DNA of 60,113 nucleotides. Source: an uncultured virus (IMG/VR IMGVR_UViG_3300020173_001350). Lineage: Duplodnaviria; Heunggongvirae; Uroviricota; Caudoviricetes. A program made the position numbers and the translations under genes. Position 1 is the stretch's first letter. Each line of letters begins with the position of its first letter. The stretch lies in IMG/VR virus record IMGVR_UViG_3300020173_001350. The stretch is one strand, 5' to 3'. Below the pieces are notes generated by a model that had not been told where the DNA came from, made no database searches, and saw nothing but the letters and a program-made list of their open reading frames with translations. Shown here in pieces: positions 46,363-55,997 of this stretch.

Positions 46363-46971
46363 TTATCTTCCTCTTACGGCTTTTCTTGAGTCAGACCAAA
46401 CTTTTGATTGTTTGGCACCAACAAATTTTTGTGTCGGTAAGAATAATGCAATATCCCATTCTGAAGGATTAATATATACTAATCTCGTTCTTACCTGCTT
46501 TGTTAAATAATGTTTCACCGTAGGTGCAAATAACTTAAACTTAGATGCTCCGTTTAATACGTCATAACTAATCCTCAATTTAGTAGTCTCATCATATTTT
46601 TTATTGGAGGCAACAGTATATAGTTGGTCCATTAATTTTGCTCTTAAGGTGGGTGGCAAATAATGCATATTGATACCAAGAAAACCACCTTGTGCTCTAT
46701 TTATCGGAAATATAAGTGGAAACCTATCATAGTATGGTAATGTCTTTTTGTGCTTTGGATCATATGCAAACATATACATATGGCCTAACCTAAATCTGTT
46801 TTCATATCTTTCTTTACCGGCTTCACGAATAAGTTTTTCACCTTTTGCTTCACCTTTTCCAACTGTAGCGGCTTGCTGACGATACCAATCTCTGGCACCT
46901 GCAGTACGTGCAGGGATTTGCCCTTCACGGATACCTCTTAATAGTATATCGTCAAATAATTTTGCTACCAT
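46363..46971 (-). CDS. gp2: DNA end protector protein
   Basis: YDPKHKKTLPYYDRFPLIF, GINMHYLP. Confidence 0.92.
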   Translation of the reverse strand: MVAKLFDDILLRGIREGQIPARTAGARDWYRQQAATVGKGEAKGEKLIREAGKERYENRFRLGHMYMFAYDPKHKKTLPYYDRFPLIFPINRAQGGFLGINMHYLPPTLRAKLMDQLYTVASNKKYDETTKLRISYDVLNGASKFKLFAPTVKHYLTKQVRTRLVYINPSEWDIALFLPTQKFVGAKQSKVWSDSRKAVRGR

Positions 46972-46973
46972 TT

Positions 46974-47438
46974 TTAAACTCCTAAATGATCTTCAGTATA
47001 TATCAAAAATTTCCATCCGCGGTCAGCACAGAAATTTTGTGCTGCTTTCCACTTTGCTTCATTAACACCCCAGGTTTTAACCTCATTCAAATAGCGTTTT
47101 GATACACGACCTTTGAGTGTACTTTTATTACGAATATCAGGTGGCCTTGTCTGTGCCTTTGGTTTAATTTCAATCATTAATGTTTCGGTCTTACCGTCAG
47201 GCTTTTTCTGCCTAACAATCACATCAGGAAAATACCGATGCAACCGCCCATCAATTGGTGATCTATAAGGTACAATAACCTCTTCACTTTGCCACCAAAT
47301 CACATCAGGATGTTTATCTACGTGTCTAAAGAATTTAAACTCCCACAGCGAACGATAAATAATCTTTGTGGGGTCACCTTTATATTTCTGCGGGTTTTTC
47401 GGCCGAAACCTACCACTATACGCCAATATCCTGCTCAC
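46974..47438 (-). CDS. gp4: Head completion nuclease
   Basis: PKNPQKYKGD, YRSLWE, HRYFPD, EIKP, VNEAKW. Confidence 0.93.
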   Translation of the reverse strand: MSRILAYSGRFRPKNPQKYKGDPTKIIYRSLWEFKFFRHVDKHPDVIWWQSEEVIVPYRSPIDGRLHRYFPDVIVRQKKPDGKTETLMIEIKPKAQTRPPDIRNKSTLKGRVSKRYLNEVKTWGVNEAKWKAAQNFCADRGWKFLIYTEDHLGV

Positions 47439-47445
47439 ACTTCCA

Positions 47446-47472
47446 TATAAATAAGAACATAAACTATTTATA
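47446..47472. promoter_or_regulatory. Pair of oppositely oriented late promoters
   Basis: TATAAATA on + at 47446-53 and on - at 47465-72, between divergent gp4 and gp48. Confidence 0.8.
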
Positions 47473-47490
47473 AGAAAAGGACCGAATCAA

Positions 47491-48474
47491 ATGGCGAAAA
47501 CATCAACTCGCCCAGAGCTGGACAGAAATGCATGGCGCAATAAGAACACTCAAGGTAATTTATCGTTTCCAACATCGCCTGTACCACATTCGGTTCTGTT
47601 CGTTTTTAAAGATTATGATTTTAAAACTGCACTAGGCGGTGGATTAAACGCAAGTAGTGAAAGAGTTGGGCAGAGAGCTGTAGGTAGTGAATTAAGATCA
47701 ATTAATTCTATTGAACTACCTTTTCCCACAACACTACAGGATGATACGAACCTTAGAATTAATGGGTTTGAAAGAAATAAAACAACGGAATACCTTGCTA
47801 CTGCGGCAAGAGAATTTGCTGCATCTGGTGATTTTGGCAATTCAAAAGTTTCAGATCTACCACAACTACTAATGTCATTAGGAGCGGGTATGGGTAGAAA
47901 TGCACCTGAGGATATGTCTATTAATGCAGCAGGATCGGCGATTATGGGATCAAGCCTTGCTGATACCGCCAAGTCAGCACAATACCTTTTGCGTAGTAAA
48001 TTGCCAGGTGACATTGGCAGAACACTTGATACGGTGCAAGGAAATACTGTTAACCCAAGAGAAACACTATCGTTTGAAGGTGTTGATTTAAGAACTCATA
48101 ATATGACATTTGATTTATATCCAACGAATAAATCTGATTCAATTTTGATTAAAAAGATTGTTGAAAGGTTCAAACAAAAGACATTACCTGTAGCACGAGA
48201 TTTTGCTGGTCTTACACAGGCATTCTTGTCATATCCTTCAACAGTAGATATCTTTTTATTGGGAATTGATCCTACTCATTGGATGCAATATAAAACTTCA
48301 ATGGTTACACAGTTTACTGTTAATTATCAAGTTGGCGGATTGACAAGCATTATGAAAGGTGGTAAACCATCAGCAGTTCAAATAGCATTAACCTTCCAAG
48401 AACTCGAAATTCAAACTGCGAATGATTATGGTGTTAGCGCCGGTGCAGATGCTAATGCGGTAGGAGAAACTTAA
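47491..48474 (+). CDS. gp48: Baseplate tail tube cap gp48-like
   Basis: IELPFP, NPRETLSFEGVDLRTH, YPS, LTFQELE. Confidence 0.75.
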   Translation: MAKTSTRPELDRNAWRNKNTQGNLSFPTSPVPHSVLFVFKDYDFKTALGGGLNASSERVGQRAVGSELRSINSIELPFPTTLQDDTNLRINGFERNKTTEYLATAAREFAASGDFGNSKVSDLPQLLMSLGAGMGRNAPEDMSINAAGSAIMGSSLADTAKSAQYLLRSKLPGDIGRTLDTVQGNTVNPRETLSFEGVDLRTHNMTFDLYPTNKSDSILIKKIVERFKQKTLPVARDFAGLTQAFLSYPSTVDIFLLGIDPTHWMQYKTSMVTQFTVNYQVGGLTSIMKGGKPSAVQIALTFQELEIQTANDYGVSAGADANAVGET

Positions 48475-48848
48475 TGGCAAAGTATTTTGAAAATTTTCCA
48501 ATTATAACATACGAAGGTAAACAGGTACGTGACATTACACGAAGAAATCAATTTGTTCGTAACGTAAGTACAAACCCTTTACTTTATTTACCATATACAA
48601 TTAGTGAAGGTGAAAGAGCTGAGGATATTGCTAATTTTTATTACGGTTCAGTTGATTATACTTGGCTCGTTTATATGGCAAACAATATAATGGATCCTTA
48701 CCATGAGTGGCCGTTGTCGGAAGCAGAATTTAAAGATTTCTTAATTGACAAATACGGTAATGTATCAGGTAGGATTGGTGATGATGTAGTCGATTGGACA
48801 CAAGAAGATAACGATGAAAACATCATCTATTGGTATAGGGAGGTTTAA
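48474..48848 (+). CDS. gp53: Baseplate wedge gp53, N-terminal (LysM-like) part
   Basis: YFENFP, EGERAEDIA.FYYG...W.V.MANNI.DPY.EWPLS, KYG. Confidence 0.85.
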   Translation: MAKYFENFPIITYEGKQVRDITRRNQFVRNVSTNPLLYLPYTISEGERAEDIANFYYGSVDYTWLVYMANNIMDPYHEWPLSEAEFKDFLIDKYGNVSGRIGDDVVDWTQEDNDENIIYWYREV

Positions 48849-48851
48849 TAA

Positions 48852-49106
48852 ATGGCAGTTGATCTAGTCAAATTAACACCTGAAAGTTTTGAAACAATTT
48901 ATCTTCGTAAGGAAGACCGAGTTATTATCAGAACAGAACAAGGTCGTAAAATTATTATTAAACGTATTATTCCTGAAGAATGGAAACCTTGGCGCATTTG
49001 GGATAACGAACGAGCAATAAACGAAAACAAACGTGAGATCTTTTTAATTGATAAAAAGTATTTACCACAAGTAACCGAAGAATTTGTAAAAAGTATAAAA
49101 CTATAA
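48852..49106 (+). CDS. gp53 C-terminal part (separate ORF)
   Basis: NE.AINENKREIFLI is the typical gp53 C-terminus; own GGGAGG RBS. Confidence 0.65.
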   Translation: MAVDLVKLTPESFETIYLRKEDRVIIRTEQGRKIIIKRIIPEEWKPWRIWDNERAINENKREIFLIDKKYLPQVTEEFVKSIKL

Positions 49107-50480
49107 ATGGCATTTAATCCATCATCATATACGATTGTTTCATTTACGTTAAGAAACAAATACACAAACCTTGATGAAAATATCGCCGGGATGATTGATG
49201 GTATTGAAATCAATCAGTCGATGGGTATGACTTCATGGAGTGGTGTAGCCGCTGTCCTAGACACCGTTGGTTTCCTTGACAAGACACCATTACTTGGCGA
49301 AGAACAATTAATTTTAAAAATTGTATCCCACGACCTTGATACTGAATATGATTTGGCGTGTCAGGTTATTCGTATTGATAATTTAGTACCTACTGAAAGT
49401 ATGAATGGTGTTCGGTATAATATTCATTTTATATCAGCAGTTACTTATTCGGCAGCCGTTGCGTCGGATGTTGAAGAAGGGTTTGCCAATAAATCAATAA
49501 ACCAAATTGTTGAATATACGTTTAGAAATTATTTCGCAACACTTGGCACTGCTGTTAGAAATGAAGGAAGCAGAACATTCCCATATGGTACTGCTAAATT
49601 TCCATTAGTTAATTTTGCAACAAATGAAAGCCGAAAGTTTACAATACAACCTACAATTGGTTTAAACAATTTAGCTATCCCGCATTACACACCGTCGGAA
49701 ACAATGTTGTTCCTTGCTCGACGTGCTTATGGTGAAGCAAATTCACAGACTTATCGTTTCTTTGAAAATTTAACTGATTACTTTTTTGTGACTGATGAAT
49801 ATTTAATTAAAGAATCAGTTGAAGCAGATGACGTAATACAAAAATTCTTTTATTCACCTAATGCAACATATGATCCTACTGAACCTGAAAAGCAACTTAA
49901 TCGTATTGAATATATCACTATTAATTCAAGAGGTAGTGATATTGGTAAAGATATAAAATCAGGCGGATATGCAAGTACGGTTTGTGTAGTTGATATATTA
50001 AACCACAACTATACTGAATCAACATATAAGTATACCGAAGAAGCTGAGTTTGTTGATATGTCAGGAGTTCAGGCACGAAGAGGCCAAATTGATTTTCCAC
50101 ATTCTAGAGAATTTGCTGAAGAAACATTTAGAATTGACAACGGTCCACGGTTTCTTGCATTCCGTGATTTTACCGGACCTTATGCTACTTCACGTGAATT
50201 GGCATCTGACCAAAGACTTGATGATTTAGTTTCAAACCGAATAGCATACAGGCACCATTTATACAACACTAAAGTATCGGCATCATTAACAGGCCGAATG
50301 GATATTATGCCTGGTCAATTAATTGATCTTACAGTTCAAGGATTTGATGCTTTAGGTACTTCTAATAACCATCAACAGCTATCAGGTAGGTATCTTGTAT
50401 TTACAACCAAGCATACATTGGAAAACGATAAAGTACGGACCAACTTTGAGCTTGTTAAATATGATTGGAGTAATGATTAA
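49107..50480 (+). CDS. Baseplate hub protein (gp27-like)
   Basis: PLLGEEQL, YRFFE, G.MDIMPGQLI, LSGRYLV; between gp53 and gp5. Confidence 0.65.
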   Translation: MAFNPSSYTIVSFTLRNKYTNLDENIAGMIDGIEINQSMGMTSWSGVAAVLDTVGFLDKTPLLGEEQLILKIVSHDLDTEYDLACQVIRIDNLVPTESMNGVRYNIHFISAVTYSAAVASDVEEGFANKSINQIVEYTFRNYFATLGTAVRNEGSRTFPYGTAKFPLVNFATNESRKFTIQPTIGLNNLAIPHYTPSETMLFLARRAYGEANSQTYRFFENLTDYFFVTDEYLIKESVEADDVIQKFFYSPNATYDPTEPEKQLNRIEYITINSRGSDIGKDIKSGGYASTVCVVDILNHNYTESTYKYTEEAEFVDMSGVQARRGQIDFPHSREFAEETFRIDNGPRFLAFRDFTGPYATSRELASDQRLDDLVSNRIAYRHHLYNTKVSASLTGRMDIMPGQLIDLTVQGFDALGTSNNHQQLSGRYLVFTTKHTLENDKVRTNFELVKYDWSND

Positions 50481-51868
50481 TGTTCCCATACGGTGTTGGC
50501 ATAAGAGAACCTTTATTCTTTATTGGTGTTATTGAGAATAGAGATGATCCACAAAAGCAAGGACGAGTTCAAGTAAGAGCATTTGGAGTACATGGTTTGA
50601 ATGATAAAGTTCCGACTCAATCATTACCATGGGCAAGTTGCCTTGTAAATGACTTATTTAATCAAATTCCTGATGAAAACGATTTCGTTTTTGGTTTGTT
50701 TATTGATGGTAGAGATGCACAGCAACCAATTATTATCGGAACAGTTCCTACTCAATATAATGAAGAAATCAATCCTGAAACAAAAGGTTGGGGTGTAATA
50801 ACAGAACAACCTGAATTGAACAGTAGAGCAAAACAACCAGAAAACTTAGGGCAACCGCATCATTCCAGATTAGAACGTGGTGAAGAGCTACAGAAAACAC
50901 ACCTTCATGGACAAAAAATGTCTCGTGTTACCAAAGTTACTGTTGCGGATGATCCTGACGGCGGACAAAGCTGGGATGAACCAGATCCCGGGTATCAGGC
51001 AGCATATCCATATAACCGTGTTATCCAATCAGCACGCCATGTAGTTGAACTTGATGATACGCCAGGTTCTGAAAGAATTACGATTACTAATACTCAAACT
51101 CAATCTTATGTTCAGATTGGGAGTGGTGGTAGTCTTACAACAAAGGCAACAGGAACAAGGTTTGATGTTACGGACGAAAATCAATATGTTCATATTGGCG
51201 GCAAATCTTTTGTAACAATTGACGGTGATGCAAGTGTATATGTTGACGGAAACAAAACTGAAGAAATTACAGGTGATCTTAAAACAATAGTACACGGAAA
51301 TCACAGTCATTCAGTTGGCGGACAATCAAATTATAATGTCAGCGAGCAAATTCAAATGCGCGCCGGTGATATAAGAATGGAAGCAAATGCCGGTACATTA
51401 TCAATACGCGCCGAAAAAGAAATGCAAATTGAAGCGGGCATTGGGATGTATCGCAAGGCACCATTTATGTGGGATCAAGCTGCATCTAATATGAATATTA
51501 AAGCAAACAATTTGAATATGACTGCCATCACTGATATGAATATTAAAGCTAACCAAGGTGTTTTAAATATATTTGGTGAATCTGATGTTAGTATACTATC
51601 AGGTACAAACCTTCAGGTAGAGTCAGGAGGTAACATTAGTGTTACCGCAAGTAGTACTGTTTATATTAATGATTATGTGAGTATGGCAGAAGGTGGAAAC
51701 GCTACAGCAACAGAAGCAGTATTTGCCGAAGATGCTATTGGCGCAATTACACCAGAAATGCCTGAGCCACCACAGAAATCAACTTCCGTTAAAGCAACCG
51801 CGGCAAATAAATTTGGAATGCGTACACCCGCTTCAATTTTTCAATCAGATGATGGGGAACCAGCATAA
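50480..51868 (+). CDS. gp5: Baseplate central spike gp5 (OB fold + beta-helix, no lysozyme domain)
   Basis: FFIGVIE..DDP.KQGRVQVR, LPWA, VFG.FIDG.DAQQP, YPYN, ELDDTPGSERI. Confidence 0.9.
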   Translation: MFPYGVGIREPLFFIGVIENRDDPQKQGRVQVRAFGVHGLNDKVPTQSLPWASCLVNDLFNQIPDENDFVFGLFIDGRDAQQPIIIGTVPTQYNEEINPETKGWGVITEQPELNSRAKQPENLGQPHHSRLERGEELQKTHLHGQKMSRVTKVTVADDPDGGQSWDEPDPGYQAAYPYNRVIQSARHVVELDDTPGSERITITNTQTQSYVQIGSGGSLTTKATGTRFDVTDENQYVHIGGKSFVTIDGDASVYVDGNKTEEITGDLKTIVHGNHSHSVGGQSNYNVSEQIQMRAGDIRMEANAGTLSIRAEKEMQIEAGIGMYRKAPFMWDQAASNMNIKANNLNMTAITDMNIKANQGVLNIFGESDVSILSGTNLQVESGGNISVTASSTVYINDYVSMAEGGNATATEAVFAEDAIGAITPEMPEPPQKSTSVKATAANKFGMRTPASIFQSDDGEPA

Positions 51869-51889
51869 TGAAACTTAAGGAGAATAGTT

Positions 51890-53704
51890 GTGACAGCTTG
51901 TAAAGATCCAGATCCGTTTATTCCATCGGCTCTAAAAGCTTCAACCGTTTTAACGCCAGGTGGAACTTCACCATCAGTAGAATTGTTTGTTGATAGTAAA
52001 GGTAATTATACTAAACAAGCAATTAATAAAATGGCATTTGATATTGCTGGTTTTAATTCTACTAGTAAACCTATCAATGTTGTTGCAAAGGCTGTTGAAA
52101 AATACGGTGAACAATTATATACGCAACTTAACAATTTTAATAATACATTTATTAAAGAAGATTACATTGTTAAAGAATTGCCGAAATTTAAATACCTCGG
52201 CCCACGGTTAGAAAAAAGTCCAATAACTGATATTGAATTTGCATCTTTCCTTGAAAGTCAAGGCTATACACCATTTAGTTTTGGTGTTGCAACTGCAAAT
52301 GATTATAAAAATCTTTTAGAACAACTTGACGGTTTCTTTTCTGGTGGTTTTTCATTAGCAATTGCTGGTGGGTTGTGTGGCACATTGCCAAACGTCTTTG
52401 GTGCTATTGATTCATTCTTTGATAAAATCGGTCAAGTAGGTTTCCTTCTCAATGATGCTTTATCATTTTTATCAAAACTTAAAAACATTGAAAATCCATC
52501 AGAGGCACTTTTTGAAAAGATTAAAGTAAAAGCATTAATTGAAGCTATTAAAAATAAACTTGTTGGTATGTTTGATTCTGTTGTAAAGCAAGTACAATCA
52601 GCAATTAAGAACTTTGATTTAGGTTCATTAATTCAAGGTATTACAGGACCTTCTTTAAAAGGTATCACAAGAGCATTTCTTAAAATCAGAGATAAAGCAT
52701 TGGCTTTCTTTGAAAAAACTAATATTCAATCTATTAAAGACAAATTAACTGGTTTGTTTGATTATGCGGTTGGATTGTTTGCCAATCCTGGTATTGGTGA
52801 AATTCAATTTCTTATCTCACGTTTCTGTGGATTACTAACAGGTGTTGAAGATCAGGTTAATAAAGTTAAAGAACCACTTACAACATTTGCCGATGATCTT
52901 AAAGTAGCCGAAGAAGCATTAACAGTTCAAGGAAATGCTGCAACCGCTCAAGTAATTGCAGCTAATGGCACTCGAACACCACCTGAGGTCCTTGAAGAAA
53001 GAATAAATAATCAACAACAGTTACACACAGAAAGGGTAGAACAATCTATAGCAGACTCTACACGTGATGGGCAGGTTTGGCAACCACCCGAAGCTTCAGT
53101 ACCGCCAGGTCAAACTGAAGTGTCGACTTTGCCTCCAGTAAACCCAAATATATATGATGGATCCGTAAGACCTGTACCAAGACCAAGAAGTTATGGCGAT
53201 CGGCAAATTAGTTTTGATGAAGTAATGGAGGTTTTTCCAACGTTTGAAGATTTGATTGAAAATACAAATCGTTATATTTGGATTGATGCTAATTATAGTG
53301 CAAGAGCACTTTACGGTGATGCACTAATGAGAGCAAATAATGTAATGCCGCATTACGATACATTTTGGGTAGGGTGTGAACCATTAGAACGGTTAGCATT
53401 AATGAGAACACTTATTGAATGGAATGGTCCAAAAGTACAATTAGTAAGCGGATATAGGACACCGGAATATAACAGATTTTTAAGAGACGTGGTGGGTATT
53501 GAGAACGTAGCGATACATTCAAAGCACACGGCAGGGATTGCGTTTGATTTAGATTGGGAAACTTACCCGACTAGAAGGAACGAATTAATGGCGATTGCAC
53601 AAGCAAACGGTTTTTGGGGATTAGGAGTATACGAAGCGCCTGGGAGTACATTCTTACATATAGACCACAGGGATCGAAAAGATGCAGCAACATGGTACAA
53701 ATAA
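51890..53704 (+). CDS. Tail/baseplate protein with C-terminal peptidase M15 domain
   Basis: SGYRTPEYN, SKH..G.AFD, GLGVY, FLHID. Confidence 0.75.
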   Translation: MTACKDPDPFIPSALKASTVLTPGGTSPSVELFVDSKGNYTKQAINKMAFDIAGFNSTSKPINVVAKAVEKYGEQLYTQLNNFNNTFIKEDYIVKELPKFKYLGPRLEKSPITDIEFASFLESQGYTPFSFGVATANDYKNLLEQLDGFFSGGFSLAIAGGLCGTLPNVFGAIDSFFDKIGQVGFLLNDALSFLSKLKNIENPSEALFEKIKVKALIEAIKNKLVGMFDSVVKQVQSAIKNFDLGSLIQGITGPSLKGITRAFLKIRDKALAFFEKTNIQSIKDKLTGLFDYAVGLFANPGIGEIQFLISRFCGLLTGVEDQVNKVKEPLTTFADDLKVAEEALTVQGNAATAQVIAANGTRTPPEVLEERINNQQQLHTERVEQSIADSTRDGQVWQPPEASVPPGQTEVSTLPPVNPNIYDGSVRPVPRPRSYGDRQISFDEVMEVFPTFEDLIENTNRYIWIDANYSARALYGDALMRANNVMPHYDTFWVGCEPLERLALMRTLIEWNGPKVQLVSGYRTPEYNRFLRDVVGIENVAIHSKHTAGIAFDLDWETYPTRRNELMAIAQANGFWGLGVYEAPGSTFLHIDHRDRKDAATWYK

Positions 53705-54121
53705 ATGGTAGTTAATTTAATAACCGCAAAATCAAAAAAGATTTCGCTTTATCAGGATTTTAAAAAGAATCTTGAATTAAGTCCAATATCTTCAGATATT
53801 ACATTAAACAAAGATGATGAATCAGTTAAAGAAGCAATACGGAATTTAATACTAACCGATCGCGGTGAAAGATTAATGCAACCAAACCTTGGTGGCAATA
53901 TAAGAGCAATGCTTTTTGAAAATCTAACACCTGCAACCGTTAGGTTAATGGAAGAACAGGTTAGAACAACTATTGAATTATACGAACCACGGGCAGAACT
54001 CATTGATGTTACCGTTTCAGCAAACCTTGACTCAAATGAGGTTGCAATCACAATAGAATTTTACGTTACGAACGACGAGCAGCCAGTATCGCTAAGCGTG
54101 TTTCTAGAGAGGACAAGATAA
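53705..54121 (+). CDS. gp25: Baseplate wedge subunit gp25
   Basis: IRNLILTDRGERLMQP..G, YEPRA, FLERTR. Confidence 0.93.
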   Translation: MVVNLITAKSKKISLYQDFKKNLELSPISSDITLNKDDESVKEAIRNLILTDRGERLMQPNLGGNIRAMLFENLTPATVRLMEEQVRTTIELYEPRAELIDVTVSANLDSNEVAITIEFYVTNDEQPVSLSVFLERTR

Positions 54122-54122
54122 A

Positions 54123-55997
54123 ATGGCTAAATTAAATATTACGGAATTAGATTTTGAGAATTCAAAACAACAGCTCAAAAATTATTTAAAAGGTCAAACT
54201 CGATATAAAGATTATGACTTTGATGGGTCAAACCTATCGGTCTTAATGGATGTGCTTTCATATAACACGTATCAGAATAACTTCTATACCAATATGGCAA
54301 TGAATGAAATGTTTATTGACAGTGCGGTATTGAGAAACTCAGTTATTTCACACGCCAAGGAATTGAATTATTTACCACGTTCAAGAACATCGGCACGTGC
54401 TATTGTAAACGTAACAATTAATGATGATACTGTAATCGGTCAAACTATTACAATTGAAGAGAATGCGGCATTTACAACATCTTATCTTGGTGTAAATTAC
54501 GAATTCGTTTCTGATAAAGCATACGTTGCTCGCAAAACTGCACCAGGTGTTTTTGTTGCAGAAAATGTAGAAATATTTGAAGGTCAAATGCTAACAAGCT
54601 TTGAAAGAGAAGGTTACTTTGTTGATGTTGACGGAACACTAAGAGTTATCCTTTCAAACGAAAATGCTGATACAGAATCACTTTCAGTGTTTGTTGATGC
54701 CGAAGCAAGTGATGACGCGAACCAATATATTCGTAAAAACAATATCTTTGGTGTAGGACCGCTCGATAAAGTATTTTATGTTGAACCATATTACGATGGC
54801 CGATATACTATTTACTTTGGTAATAATAAGTTTGGTATGCAACCAACAGAAACACAAGATATCCGTGTTAAGTATAGAATTTGTTCAGGATCAGAACCTA
54901 ACGGTGCAAGTTTGTTCTCAATTAATGTTACAAACACTGGTACAACAACAGTTACGACGGTAGCACCAGCAACAGGTGGTGCTGAACAAGAATCAATTGA
55001 AAGCATTCGTTACTTTGCTCCAAAATCAATTCAAATTCAAGAACGTGCTATTACAGCGTCGGATTATGAAATTTTGTTAAAGCAAAGATTTCCTGAAATC
55101 CAAGCAGTTGCAGCATATGGCGGTGATGAATTAAATCCTCCACAGTTTGGTAGAGTTGCAATATCAATTTATCTAGGACAAGGTGAAGATCAGCTATCAT
55201 CAACCTTATCTAATACATATGTTGATTACTTAAAAGATAAAACACCACTTGCGGTTGAACCTGTATTCGTAGCAACAAATTACTTATACTCAAATGTAAC
55301 TGTTAATGCTTATTACAATGCAAAGATTACTCGTAAGTCAGTAGGTGAACTTGAAACTATTATCCGTAATATTATCTCAAATCACGTTATAGTTAATCTT
55401 GATGACTTTAATAAAAGGTTGAGATTGTCCACGCTATCATCTGAAATTGATGCAGGTGACATTTCAATTTTGAGTAATAAAGTAACTGCTTGTCCATATA
55501 TTGAATATTCACCGGCATTGAATGTTTCGGAAAACCCAGTGTTTAAGTTTGAGGCAGAAATAATTAAACCATATCCTTTCAAATTGGCAACAGGATTTAC
55601 GGATTATAAACCATCTATTATTAGTGGAACCTTTTCATACGATAGTGTTAATGTTTATCTACAAGATGACGGTGCTGGTAAAATTCAAATGATTACATCT
55701 GATGTTAATAACCCGCAAGTTGTTATCCCAAACCTTGGTACAGTGAATTATACAACAGGTGAAATCAAATTAATTGGCTTTAAGACAGATGGTTATACAG
55801 GATCAGCAATTAAAATTATTGCGGAAACAAAACGAAATGATATTAAAGCACCTAAAGGTAGATTGTTTACAATCCGTGACACTGACGTAACAGTTAATAT
55901 TATTGATGAGAGCTCAACCGCAACAACCGTGGCAGCAGGAACAACAACCTCGAGTTCAAGTTCATCTTCATCAAGTAGCGGGAGCAGCGGTTACTAA
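54123..55997 (+). CDS. gp6: Baseplate wedge subunit gp6
   Basis: ELDFE, DYDFDGSNLS.LMDVLSYNT, ESIESIR, RAITASDY. Confidence 0.95.
   Translation: MAKLNITELDFENSKQQLKNYLKGQTRYKDYDFDGSNLSVLMDVLSYNTYQNNFYTNMAMNEMFIDSAVLRNSVISHAKELNYLPRSRTSARAIVNVTINDDTVIGQTITIEENAAFTTSYLGVNYEFVSDKAYVARKTAPGVFVAENVEIFEGQMLTSFEREGYFVDVDGTLRVILSNENADTESLSVFVDAEASDDANQYIRKNNIFGVGPLDKVFYVEPYYDGRYTIYFGNNKFGMQPTETQDIRVKYRICSGSEPNGASLFSINVTNTGTTTVTTVAPATGGAEQESIESIRYFAPKSIQIQERAITASDYEILLKQRFPEIQAVAAYGGDELNPPQFGRVAISIYLGQGEDQLSSTLSNTYVDYLKDKTPLAVEPVFVATNYLYSNVTVNAYYNAKITRKSVGELETIIRNIISNHVIVNLDDFNKRLRLSTLSSEIDAGDISILSNKVTACPYIEYSPALNVSENPVFKFEAEIIKPYPFKLATGFTDYKPSIISGTFSYDSVNVYLQDDGAGKIQMITSDVNNPQVVIPNLGTVNYTTGEIKLIGFKTDGYTGSAIKIIAETKRNDIKAPKGRLFTIRDTDVTVNIIDESSTATTVAAGTTTSSSSSSSSSSGSSGY

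Noticed and set aside
48846..48851. Stop-codon reassignment or pseudogene at the gp53 break
   Set aside because: TAA is the main stop throughout the window, both tRNAs are sense decoders, and the downstream part has its own RBS
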